DNA of 64,000 bases from an uncultured Chlamydiae bacterium (GTDB lineage Bacteria > Chlamydiota > Chlamydiia > Chlamydiales > SM23-39). Position numbers and translations under genes: made by a program. Positions 40,238 to 51,323 of this stretch are shown piece after piece. Numbering within the stretch: position 1 is the first letter of the stretch; each line of letters opens with the position of its first letter. The stretch is taken from positions 384,001 through 448,000 of the forward strand of contig CAVSSM010000002.1 in NCBI GenBank assembly GCA_963730605.1, read 5' to 3'. Under the pieces are notes generated by a model that saw nothing but the letters and a program-made list of their open reading frames with translations, was not told the DNA's origin and made no database searches.

Positions 40238-41274
40238 ACGCGATGTGCGAGTTTCCGAAGCGGAAAATCGCACATGATTAATAGAGGACAAGATGCTCAA
40301 ATTGCAAAGGCTCATTTTTTGTGCGCAAGCTGAGCGCAATGCTGGCTGTATGTGCCAGTAATTTTCTCCAAAACCTAGAGCATTGATGCCATAGATCTCG
40401 AGCCCGCACTTTCTCAATGTGAAATCGCTCAGTCAATTGTCCTATGACTGTTTCAACAAGACGTCGAGTCCCCATCATCCATCGCAAAAAATCTTTCGGT
40501 CGCTCATCTTTCATATTTTCTCGTAAAGGGGTCTCCAGATGCAATCCCTGCCCCTTAAGTTGATTCTGCAATTCAGGACGAATATATCCCTTGTCTCCCA
40601 GCAGAAGCCCCTTGATTTTCTCGACCAGTTCAGGGCATACATCCCGTTCATCAACATTTGCTTTTGCAAATGCAGCCCCGGTTATCACCCCGGTCGAACT
40701 GATCACAACGTGTCCTCGAAAACCGTAGTAACGTTCTTTTTTGGTAGCACAATAACCATACGCGGCTTCCCCCTTAAAAATGTGACTGAAGTGAGCTCTC
40801 GCAAATTTACAAATGGGGATTGGCAGGCCGTCTATTATATGCAGGGTGTCTCCAAAAGCGTTCAAGCCAGTTGCTAAGCGCTCCTGTAATAGGCGTTTCA
40901 CCACATGAAGGTTAGCAGCTTGTCTCGCAAAATTTGATCTGTCTGGAATTTTCGGAAAAAAATGAGACCAATGCCTTTTGAAATATTCCCAAATGGTTTT
41001 ATCGCAATCCATCCCTAGAAATTCCCCCACGATTTCGATGGCGATTACCTCACTATCTCTCAGTCCTGGCCCAGGACCTCTTTGGCGCAGTTTTTTTCCT
41101 CTAAGAATTTTTTCCAGCTCATCGTCTATTAGACAAAAGACAGATATGATAAAGTCGTCGATCGACATGCCTTGCACTCCTGTTTGGTTTAAGCGCGAAA
41201 AGTGTGCAGAACGGCATGTCATTTTTCAATTATTTCATGTGCGATTTTCCGCTTCGGAAACTCGCACATCGCGT
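40238..41274 (-). mobile_element. IS982-family element; transposase 40278-41168
   Basis: Perfect 40-bp TIR starting ACGC; YYGFRGH, GDKGY and RRLVETV motifs; no direct repeat. Confidence 0.9.
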
Positions 41275-41312
41275 TAATGCTTTACAGCGACCATTGGGTC
41301 AATATTTACCAT

Positions 41313-42433
41313 TATACCGCTCGTGATTCAAAATTTTGATGCGTGAAAATTTCCCTTGACTGCACAATGGCTGCGTGAATTTTTTAACCGACTCAGAACG
41401 ACAGGAACTCAAACTCCGGCACCGGGGGGACCGCGATGGGCGGGTGCGTGATCGAATAAAGGCTGTTCTCCTCTATGATGAGGGGTGGGCTCCCAAAGAC
41501 ATTGCCAGGGTTCTGTTGATTTCTGACGAAGCAGTTCGTCACCATGTTGACGCATATAAAACGTCGAAAAAATTGCGCCCCGAAAGCGGCGGCTCCGAGG
41601 AGAAACTATCCCAAACGCAGTCCGAGCAACTTGAGGCTCATCTTCAAGAACACACGTACCTTTACGTCAAGGATATCGTCGCATATGTAGAAGTGACTTT
41701 CGGTATTGTCTATACCGTCCACGGATTGAGGGATTGGCTGCGAAGACACGGATTTTCCTACAAAAAACCCGCCGTTGTACCCGGGAAAGCCAACAAAGAG
41801 CAGCAACAAAAGTGGCTCGCCGGATACGAGAAACTCAAGGCAGAACTCCTCGAGGATGAGACTATCTGCTTTATTGACGGCGTTCATCCAACGCACAATG
41901 TGCAGCCTGCTTATGGGTGGATCAAAAAAGGCGTGCGTAAAGAGATCCCAGCAAACACAGGACGTGCCAGGCTCAATCTTTCAGGGAGCATCGATGTCAT
42001 CACCCACAGTGTGGTAATCCAAGAAGACGAGACTTTAAACGCAGAATCGATAATCCGGTTTTTCCAAAAGATCGAAGAATTTTACCCGAGTAAACGAAAG
42101 ATCCATGTATTTTGCGATAATGCACCGTACTATCGGAATAGGGCTGTGAGGCAGTACCTAGAAACGGCAAAAGTTTGTTTGCACTTTTTACCGCCCTATA
42201 GCCCCAATCTAAACCCGATAGAACGACTGTGGAAATGGATGAAGGAGCGGGTAGTTTACAATACTTATTACGAGTACTTTGAAGACTTTAGAGGAGCGAT
42301 TCTTGGTTTTTTCGCTGTATTGGCGACTGTGACCGCGGAGTCAACTTTAGGCCGGGATTTAAGAAGCCGGGTTAGGGATAAATTTAGTCCCTTTCAGGCA
42401 CCTGCTGCCAAGTTTTGAATTTCCTTGGGTATA
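41313..42433 (+). mobile_element. IS630-family element, copy 2; transposase 41375-42418
   Basis: Same length as copy 1 with at least two substitutions. Confidence 0.95.
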
Positions 42434-42526
42434 TATTTTCCGTTACTGGGACATTTATTTATATGATTTTTATTACTTATAATTTATAATAAATCAAATT
42501 AAACTATAAATAAATATGGTAAACAT

Positions 42527-44773
42527 ATGTCGATTAAAAATTTAAATTTATTACGTTACGCATCTGCAGCGCTCTTGCCAATCTTGACTCGGACAAATTC
42601 CATGGTGCCTTTGACCATGATCACTGGAGCAGCAGTCCTGATGCAGGTGGGGGAGGTGGGGGATGCCCCTATTCTTCTTAATATTTGTCGTATAATTAGA
42701 GATCTAACAATAGGCAAGATCTCTCTTGCCTCGCCTATTTTAGGATTAGGGGCGAACTTGTTGACAGACGCTGGAATGTTCGTAGCGACAGCAATAGGAA
42801 GTATCCGCTCTCTCAAAGCCGGAATCACTGGTGATGATCAAGCTTTAGCAAGTTCAGCCCAAAGAACCGTTTTAAGCGGCATTGGAATCGCTGGATTGGC
42901 CTCAGTAGCGCACGGCCTCCAAAACCTAGTACCTGACCACAAAAGTTTTTAAAAAAATGTTTGAATAGTGTTCCATATATGCCTTTCATTTGGAGGCAGC
43001 TATGAACAAAAAATGGTCCGTTCATCTCACAGTTGAGGTGCGCAGCGAACTCGAGGACATTGTTAGAAAAGGGAAGTCATCCGCGCGGATTATCAGAAGA
43101 GCGCAAACTCTGTTATTCGCTGATGAGAAGAAACCAGATAAAGAGATTGCCTCTTTGCTACGGTGCAGCGAGGTGAGCGTTTACAATACAAGAAAAGCCT
43201 ACTGTGAACACGGGCTACAACAATCACTCAATGAAAAAGCGCGATCCGGAAGACCGGAGAAGATGGTTGGAAAGGCTAAAGCCCATTTAATCGCGCTTGC
43301 TTGCAGCGAGGCGCCCGAAGGACGCGCCTGCTGGACAATGCAGCTACTTGCGGATCGTTGCATTACGCTAGAGTTGACAGATTCCATATCGGACGAAACG
43401 GTTCGCAGAAACATTAAAAAAAACGAAATAAAGCCATGGCAAGTAAAGAGTTGGTGTGTTCCAGAAGTGGATTACGAGTATATTTGTCGGATGGAAGATG
43501 TTTTAGATTTATATGAGGAGCCGCTGAACGAAAAGAAACCCGTTGTGTGTTTTGATGAAACACCAGTCCAATTGGTAGATGATGTGTTGGCGCCAATTGC
43601 CGCAGTGCCAGGGAGAGTCAAACGCCGAGATTATGAGTACGAAAGGAATGGAACAAGCAACCTCTTTGTTTTTGTACAGCCCTTGGGAGGCTGGCGGGAA
43701 ATAAAAGTCACAGACCAGAGAACAAAAAAAGATTTTGCCGAGTGCATGAAGGATCTGGTGGACAAACATTTTCCCGAGGCAGAAAAAATTAGGGTTGTCA
43801 TGGACAATTTGAATACGCATCGACTGGCTAATCTCTACGAGACGTTTGAGCCCGAAGAAGCCAGGAGGATCATTAAGAAATTAGAGGTGCGCCATACGCC
43901 AAAACATGCAAGTTGGTTGAACATGGCAGAGATTGAAATTTCTGTTCTTGGCGGTCAGTGCCTCAAAAGGCGAATAGGCTCAAAAGAAGTTCTCGGTAGA
44001 GAGGTGGCCGCTTATGTATCAGATAGAAATGCTAGACGGGCAAAGATCCTTTGGGGATTTGCTATCCCAGATGCGCGAGTGAAAATGAAGAGGCTCTACC
44101 CATGAAAACTTTTGTGGTCAGGTACTAGCTTTAAGTCTTGTTGCATATAGATCTCTTGATTCAGAACAACAGGACTTCATTTTAAAGCATCATTCTATAG
44201 AATCTCTTGCTGGGCAGAAGAAAAACTGCCATGCAGTCATTATCGATGGAAAGTCAAGCGAATGGGGAGCTGATAGATGATCATTCTGATCCTCTGGCAG
44301 TAGAACTCTATCGCAATTGCGATGTACGGACATATCGGGCCGACCCTCATTCAATGGTTCCTCTTTGCGATGCTGCCGAGAAGGGAAAAAAAGCGCTTGG
44401 GGGGCCTGTGGATATCCTCGCTATTTTTGGCCATGCGACTCAAACCCTTTTAGTACTAAAAAATTATACTTACTTTAAAGGAACAAGTTCCGAAACTGTC
44501 TGCTTAAGAGAACACTTACAACCCGAAGCGCAGGTGATCCTCGCTGGCTGCAATACTGCGGCCGGAAACAACTCGTTAGCAGAAAAAGTTTCTCGCCACG
44601 TCAGCGGTATAGAAGTGGTTGGTTTCTCTGCTTATTTATATCCATTTTATACTACTTCCTCGTGGATCGGAAAAAAACTTAAGTTATCGGCTTACTCCAT
44701 TAAAGATTCTCAAGGAAATTGGACCTTCCCGTGGACCAATATCGCTCGCACTTTTAAGAGCGCGTCGAGCTAA
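42527..44773 (+). pseudogene. Membrane-anchored protein with caspase-like/DUF4347-type His-Cys domain, split by IS630
   Basis: Hydrophobic N-part 42527-42928 resumes in frame at 44128; one further frameshift near 44270; AIFGHA and LAGCNT motifs. Confidence 0.6.
42929..44125 (+). mobile_element. Second IS630-family element; transposase 43002-44105
   Basis: TIR GTACCTGACCACAAAAGTTTT, TA duplication in a CTAG target; DNLNTH and SWLNMAEIE motifs. Confidence 0.93.
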
Positions 44774-44897
44774 ATCATGCAGGTTTTTTCCAGTTGAAAG
44801 CTGGGAGATTTATTTTGCTGTTTCGTAGCGAACATATCTTCCCATGACTTGACAAGTGTTGTTCCCGCTTCTTTTACAAGATCCTCATTGGAATATT

Positions 44898-45140
44898 TCA
44901 TCGCAATGCCTCTCTAGATGACTTAAGCAACCCGCTCAGGTAGCTCCGTTCGGCTATCGCTTTCTCCGAATAGAAGCCGTGCTTAGTGTTCGCTTCGATC
45001 ATGCGTTGGCGGCCTTCTTTCGTCTTTGCCCCGGTACATTTTCCGCCGTGTAAACGACATCTCCCGTTCTTCATAGCTGGTTGACGACATGGCTTATGGC
45101 CGTTTGTTCGTGCCTTAGCTCCACACTTTACGGCGAACAT
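44898..45140 (-). CDS. HGGxSTG-domain protein
   Basis: CGAKAR..C..PAMKNGRCRLHGGKCTG. Confidence 0.85.
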   Translation of the reverse strand: MFAVKCGAKARTNGHKPCRQPAMKNGRCRLHGGKCTGAKTKEGRQRMIEANTKHGFYSEKAIAERSYLSGLLKSSREALR

Positions 45141-45679
45141 GGCTTATCTCCTCGATTTTCTGGCATACCCCCGCCCCCGTAGTTGTTTACAACAGCCATC
45201 TTATCAGCGACATGAACGACAGTTACTTTTTGTTCCCCACCACGTCGATAGCGTCCAAGAGCCTCAATGGTTTCATTGTGCAAGCGCATGTATTTAACGG
45301 CGATGTTTCCATAAGCGCTCATAAAATCTACTCGATCTGTTCTGTCAGCTCTTGAAAGACAGTCCATCCCGTTTCTGTAGAGGGCCGCTGCCTGCGAAAT
45401 TAGCCGAGCTTCCACCGCATCCTTCGGCCTCTGCTCATCCAACGTCTCAAGGGCAAGCTGCACAGATTTTACGTGATTTTGTGGGTCGACAGCGCAGGCG
45501 GTTTTAAGTGCTATGTGCTGAGCAAGGCTGCTTCTTTCCTGACCAACAGCGCTTTGTAGCGTTTGATAACAGTGTGCCATCCCCTCATCGATTCCGGCTT
45601 TACTGAGCTTGGAATTATTCTCTTCAATCAGAGCCCTATTTTTTTCAATCTCTTCTCTATACACGGCTTCTTCTGTCAT
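45128..45679 (-). CDS. Hypothetical protein of the type found next to HGGxSTG genes in integrative elements
   Basis: P.DAVEA.L..Q and YRRGGEQKVTVVHV motifs. Confidence 0.75.
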   Translation of the reverse strand: MTEEAVYREEIEKNRALIEENNSKLSKAGIDEGMAHCYQTLQSAVGQERSSLAQHIALKTACAVDPQNHVKSVQLALETLDEQRPKDAVEARLISQAAALYRNGMDCLSRADRTDRVDFMSAYGNIAVKYMRLHNETIEALGRYRRGGEQKVTVVHVADKMAVVNNYGGGGMPENRGDKPCSP

Positions 45680-45906
45680 TGATACCTCTCACAAAATTCC
45701 TTAGAAGCAATCCAATCTTGCCATTCTTCCTGGCTTATTTTTCCGGATCGAAAAGCTTTTTCCATCATCTCGTCCGGGCAGCTGTTTGAATGATAAGCAG
45801 CGAACACCACGTCTTCAGGCGCAACTTGGACGCCTTCTTTCCATATATCTTCGCAAAACGCCTTCATTAAGCCATCTTCCTTGCGAGATCTTTTCTTTTT
45901 TGACAT
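45676..45906 (-). CDS. Small hypothetical protein
   Basis: 76-aa ORF, ATGA-coupled to the downstream gene. Confidence 0.6.
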   Translation of the reverse strand: MSKKKRSRKEDGLMKAFCEDIWKEGVQVAPEDVVFAAYHSNSCPDEMMEKAFRSGKISQEEWQDWIASKEFCERYQ

Positions 45907-45944
45907 ACATCACCAAACATTATCATAAATCGAGTCTAGGCCAT

Positions 45945-47375
45945 TTAAAAGGCCTTTGATGAGACCCTTCCTCTTCTCTGACAAAACCGCTCCTGTAGAA
46001 GATCCGAAGCTGCACCTTTGGTTAATCCAACTGGATGGGCAACACCAAACTTGAGCAAAGCAGCGATCTGTTTTTCTGACGCCGGATCATTTCGCCAGGG
46101 TGCATCTTTCCTTGCGAGGACAGCGGCTCGTTGATTACGCACCCAATCCTCTGCGACCCCTAGCGCGTAGCTCAAAGGCAATTCCCTTTCTGCAAGAGGC
46201 ATAACCCGTTGATCATCATTCAAAATAACACGGTAGCCGGTAGTTGAAACCTTACGCACCCAAATATCACGCCGATCTCCCACAGATAAATGCCAAGCGT
46301 CTCCAACTTGAACCCAAGCAAAAGAAGAACGGTTGAAGAAATCGATCTCTTTGATGTCTGATGTCTCAAAAGCCCCAGAGAAAACCTCAACTGGCTGCGC
46401 CTCCTCTTCAACTAACTCTTTCGGTTTTTTCTCCCTGATTTCGAAGTTTGGCGAGACGATGCCTTCGAGAGAGTTTTCGAAGTTGCAGAGGCCCAGCCTA
46501 GACGCATCAACGAAGTCCATGACAAGGCAATTTGTCTTGCCGGGCGATACTCTAGTCCCGCGACCAACGCATTGAACATAAAGCCCTTGGCTTTTGGTTG
46601 GCCGGCACAAGAGAATCGCGTCAATTTCTGGGCAGTCGAAGCCTTCGGTTAAGACGCCGCAGTTAGTCAATATGCGGATCTTCCCATCTGCAAAATCTTG
46701 GAGAATGCGGCGCCGATCCTCAATGTCCATCCTGCCGTGAACTGTTGCCGACGGGATCCCAGAAGTCTTGAACGACGCGGCCAGGTCTACGGCATGTTTG
46801 ACATCGGCACAGAACGCCACAATCTTTTTCCTGTTCGATCCGTGTTGAATAAAAGAGTCGACGATCAGCTTATTTCTTCCTGGGACGTTAATTGTCCTGG
46901 CTAGCTGAGAGGCAACAAAATCACCGGCCTGAGTCTGGACACCATTTAATGAAACCCTTGTATAAACTCGACTGCCGACAAGAGGGGATAGATAACCATT
47001 TCGAATTCCCCAGGCTATAGAGCGATTGAAGACGATCTCTTCGAAGATTGAGGACAGACCTACACCATCGCCGCGTTTAGGAGTAGCTGTCACTCCTAAG
47101 AGGAGTTTATTCGGATCGCCTAGAAGGAACCCAAGCTCTCGGACAAGTCGCTCATAAGTGGGCGCGGCGCTGTGATGCGCCTCATCGATAATGCAAAGAT
47201 CAAAACTGGCCTCCTTGAGATCGATGAGTCTGTTGTCTCTGGATGCGGATTGAATAGACGCAATGACGATTTGAGCTTCGGGCTCGTGCCTCTCTGCCTT
47301 TACAATCCCTATGTTTGCCGATCCATCCCAGATCATCCCAATCTTTTCGGCTGCTTGGGCAATCAGCTCATCGCG
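45945..47375 (-). pseudogene. SF2 DEAH helicase (RadD/Irc3-like), 5' end with Walker A missing
   Basis: DEAHH, TATP, LTEGFD and QCVGRGTR present; frame begins at RDELIAQ next to an IS66 remnant. Confidence 0.8.
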
Positions 47376-47528
47376 ATATGATATGTATCACGAAATAGTT
47401 GTAACTACCCTGAAGCGTCAGGGGAAGAAATGTCTAGATTATCTTGTGGAAGCCCTAGGCGCCTGGAAAACAGGTTCGTCGGCCCCCACCATTTTTAGCC
47501 AGCCCTGCTATACCCCCTGAACAAATAC
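47376..47528 (+). mobile_element. IS66-family 3' remnant
   Basis: VVTTLKRQGKKCLDYLVEAL resembles a TnpC C-terminus; end CCCCCTGAACAAATAC (GTA-type IR). Confidence 0.6.
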
Positions 47529-47709
47529 GAACCCCAAGCTAGAAGAAAACTGCTTGGTTCGATCTTCCCTGCAAAATTGATCTTTCAAGATGGAAATTAT
47601 CGAACCAGCGCATTGAATCCGGCTCTTGCGCTTATCCTACAGAAAAATAAAGGCTTACAAAATGAAAAAGCCGAAGACATTGCCATTTATGAACATGTCT
47701 CCGGTGATG
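47529..47709 (+). pseudogene. C-terminal remnant of a large serine recombinase abutting tRNA-Phe
   Basis: RKLLGSIFPAKLIFQDGNYRT resembles the C-terminus of tRNA-targeting serine integrases. Confidence 0.6.
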
Positions 47710-47782
<73 letters not shown>

Positions 47783-47825
47783 AAAGCAGACTAGCATAGT
47801 AGGTTAGGGAGTTTTCAGGCAATAA

Positions 47826-47998
47826 GAGACTGTCTACGCACTTCGGTTTCGTCGAGTTTTTGGATTATTTTGGCCGCTTTTCGACTTCACAGCTTGGGGG
47901 GCCATATGCTGCTGTCGATATTGCCCCCCAAGTCTTGAATCGAAAATCGGCTCAAAAGAACCGAAAAATCGACAGAAACGAAGTTCGTAGACAGTCTC
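47826..47998. mobile_element. Palindromic MITE E4 (173 bp)
   Basis: TIR GAGACTGTCTACG / CGTAGACAGTCTC; whole element is an imperfect hairpin. Confidence 0.8.
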
Positions 47999-48006
47999 CA
48001 AAATAT

Positions 48007-50025
48007 TCAGTCGGAGCCCGTGCGCTGGAATGCAGATTCCTGGGACTGAGCGGCCACATTGATCTGGATCATGTCTTTGACGACATGCACCGCTTCTTGC
48101 ATCTGGAGGTCTTCAAGAGTCATTTCGATCGGCTCGTCGATTGAGTTGACCATCGAGCCTGATTGGCGCGCCCGAACCTTTTCGAGCTTTTTGAGAAATT
48201 TTTGATAACTTGGGCTGGCTGCTATCCTCTCAGCGCTTTTTTGCCTTAAGTCAGGAAGCGCCTTCTTCCAGAAAGGGACGACCCTTTGTAAATTGGGAAG
48301 GTACCGCTTTTCAAAAAGAAGTCGGGTCCTCTCATCCAGGTCGATGAGAGAGTCGGCATAAGCCGGCTCCACACTGTCCTGAGAAAGAGGGTATTCGAGG
48401 TAGCGCTCGCCGATGTTATAAGGCCCATATTGGGTCGGGACTACGATGTCGGCAATGACCCCCTCAATCTGGGTGCTTCTTCCGGAGACCGTATAGTAGC
48501 GTCCGACCGTGACTTTGAAAAAAAGGTCGGCGCTCTCATCGGTGATCGTCTGGTACTGGATCGACCCCTTTCCGAAAGTCCGCTCATCTCCCACCACGAG
48601 AGCCACGCCGTAGTCTTGGAGGGCTTGGGCGACAATTTCTGAGGCGGAGGCCGACATTTTTGAGGTAAGGACCACGAGCGGCCCGCTAAAGTAGCTCTTG
48701 CCGACGATATTGCGGAGATAGTAGGTATCCCCTTTCCCGTATTTCGAGATGACGATCACCCCATTCGCAACGAAAAGCCCCGCCACCCGGACAGCTTGGC
48801 CGAGAAAACCGCCGGAATTTTCCCTTAGATCCAAAACGAGCCCCTTAAGCTCCCCAATGCTCCGAAAATTGCGGATCGCTTCCTTGATATCCTTTTCGCT
48901 GCTGACCCCATCGCTGCTCTCGTAAAAGGAGTGGAGGGCGATTTTTCCTATGATGCCCCCTTCTACGACCTCATAGCTAGACTTGATCCGGTCATCCTTC
49001 ATCGCGATCGGCCGCTTTCTGAGAGACACCCTAAAAAAAGTCTCTTTACTGACCGGATCGACCCGTTTGAACCCTAAAATGATCTCCGAGCGGTCCCTTT
49101 TTTTCAAGAGATCGAGAACCTCTTCAAAACTGGTCGACCCCAACGCTTTTCCGTCTATTTCTACGAGGAGGTCATTGATTTTGATCTGACCTGATTGCGC
49201 AGCAGGGCTCCCTTCGATCAGGTCGGTGATCATCACGCCATCGATCCCCTCCGAAAGGACCACGCCGACCCCCTCGAACTGCTTCTCGAGGGTAAGCCGC
49301 ATCTCGTACGCCTCTTCAGGACTGAAAAAAGCAGTGTGGGTATCGAGGCTCTTCGCAAACGACTTCAAGATCCGTAAGGAAAGCAAGTGTTCGATTTTTT
49401 CATTAGCAAGCGGAGATCCGGTCGGATCCAAAAAGAGATAGTTGTTTTCAAAACGGCGCATCTTTTTCTCGAAAAGGCCAAAAACGCTCACCTTCCGGTC
49501 GGCCGAGCCGAGCTGCGTGCGGGCCTGATGAAACTGGTAAAACCGGCCCATCCGGCTCTTCTGCCTCTCCATAATTTCAGATTCTGATTGTGGGTACCGG
49601 GCCAAGCCTAAAATGGGAACATCGGAGTCTTTGCCTCCTGCCGCAAGCATTTGTTCTACACCTAACTGCCTCAGGGTCTGCGCTCTTAGGATAGATCTTT
49701 CGATCACGGAGTTTAGCTCCATGAAATCTAAGTAATTTTTCTTTTGAACGCGGCTTAAAATCTCTTCGGCCCTGGAGTCTTTCATGTTGAGGTAAGGCGC
49801 AACTTCGCTCTCAAGGAGATAAGACTTTTCCAAATCGAACTGCTCGATATAAAGTTTTAGCGACCTTCGGATTAAAGAGGGGGTCAATTGTTTATTCTCG
49901 ATGTGAAAATGGAAGAAACGCTCCATGACGCGCGGGATATCTCCCAATTTCAAATGATCTTGTGAGGAGGCTGGCGCTACCCAGGCCGCGAAGAAGAGGA
50001 ATAGATACAAGATCTTGCGGCTCAT
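48007..50025 (-). CDS. tsp: Tail-specific protease (S41, PDZ)
   Basis: DLRENSGG, SASASEI and TFGKGSIQ motifs. Confidence 0.92.
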   Translation of the reverse strand: MSRKILYLFLFFAAWVAPASSQDHLKLGDIPRVMERFFHFHIENKQLTPSLIRRSLKLYIEQFDLEKSYLLESEVAPYLNMKDSRAEEILSRVQKKNYLDFMELNSVIERSILRAQTLRQLGVEQMLAAGGKDSDVPILGLARYPQSESEIMERQKSRMGRFYQFHQARTQLGSADRKVSVFGLFEKKMRRFENNYLFLDPTGSPLANEKIEHLLSLRILKSFAKSLDTHTAFFSPEEAYEMRLTLEKQFEGVGVVLSEGIDGVMITDLIEGSPAAQSGQIKINDLLVEIDGKALGSTSFEEVLDLLKKRDRSEIILGFKRVDPVSKETFFRVSLRKRPIAMKDDRIKSSYEVVEGGIIGKIALHSFYESSDGVSSEKDIKEAIRNFRSIGELKGLVLDLRENSGGFLGQAVRVAGLFVANGVIVISKYGKGDTYYLRNIVGKSYFSGPLVVLTSKMSASASEIVAQALQDYGVALVVGDERTFGKGSIQYQTITDESADLFFKVTVGRYYTVSGRSTQIEGVIADIVVPTQYGPYNIGERYLEYPLSQDSVEPAYADSLIDLDERTRLLFEKRYLPNLQRVVPFWKKALPDLRQKSAERIAASPSYQKFLKKLEKVRARQSGSMVNSIDEPIEMTLEDLQMQEAVHVVKDMIQINVAAQSQESAFQRTGSD

Positions 50026-50340
50026 GAATCCTTAAGGTAAAAAATGGGAGATAGGGAACTTAAAGGACCGATTTCATACGAACTTAGCGTCGTAGCTTCG
50101 CCTTGTTCCCCTGGTCTCCCAATCCGAATCATAGTATAAAATAATTTGACATGTCAATAAAAAAATAATTTAAAATCATAAACTAAACAAATCCATGCTT
50201 TTCAAAAAGAACTAGAACAAATCAAACGGGGGGTGGGAGGGCGCGAACGGGCTGACGGCTCATGAGCCTTGTGTAAAAATCGATTCTCAGGATATATTTC
50301 TAAGCTATCGTTACTTTTGAAATTGAGGAGATTGGCGCTC

Positions 50341-50710
50341 ATGCCGACATTCAACCAACTCGTTAAGTTTGGCCGCACACCGAAGTTCCGTCGTCGCAAA
50401 TCGCCGGCTCTGCAGCAGTGCCCGCAAAGGCGCGGCGTATGCCTTCAGGTCAAGACCAAGACGCCTAAAAAACCGAACTCGGCCCTCCGAAAAGTGGCCT
50501 GGGTCCGGCTCTCTAACGGCCAGGAAGTCATCGCCTATATCCCCGGCGAAGGACATAACCTCAGGAACACAGCATCGTGCTTGTACGCGGCGGCAGGGTC
50601 AAAGACCTTCCCGGCGTCCGCTACCACATCGTCCGCGGGCTCTCGACTGCGCAGCGGTGAAAGACCGGAAAAAATCCCGCTCAAAATATGGAGCAAAGAA
50701 ACCTAAATAA
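50341..50710 (+). CDS. rpsL: 30S ribosomal protein S12 (apparent frameshifts)
   Basis: MPTFNQLV and [10 protein letters not shown]; ends SKYGAKKPK. Confidence 0.93.
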
Positions 50711-50839
50711 CTTCAAATCAAGTAATTCCAGGAGATTGCAGATCAATTTCCTCGGCTGTGGTTTGACCTGGGTAAGGCTAGGTCGAACCCTGGGCGGGCC
50801 TACAAAGGCCGGGTGAAGTAAGAAAAAGGAAAAAAAACT

Positions 50840-51315
<476 letters not shown>

Positions 51316-51323
51316 GCAGTTTA

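Noticed and set aside
44898..47709. Prophage
   Set aside because: No structural or packaging genes; only an integrative-element remnant
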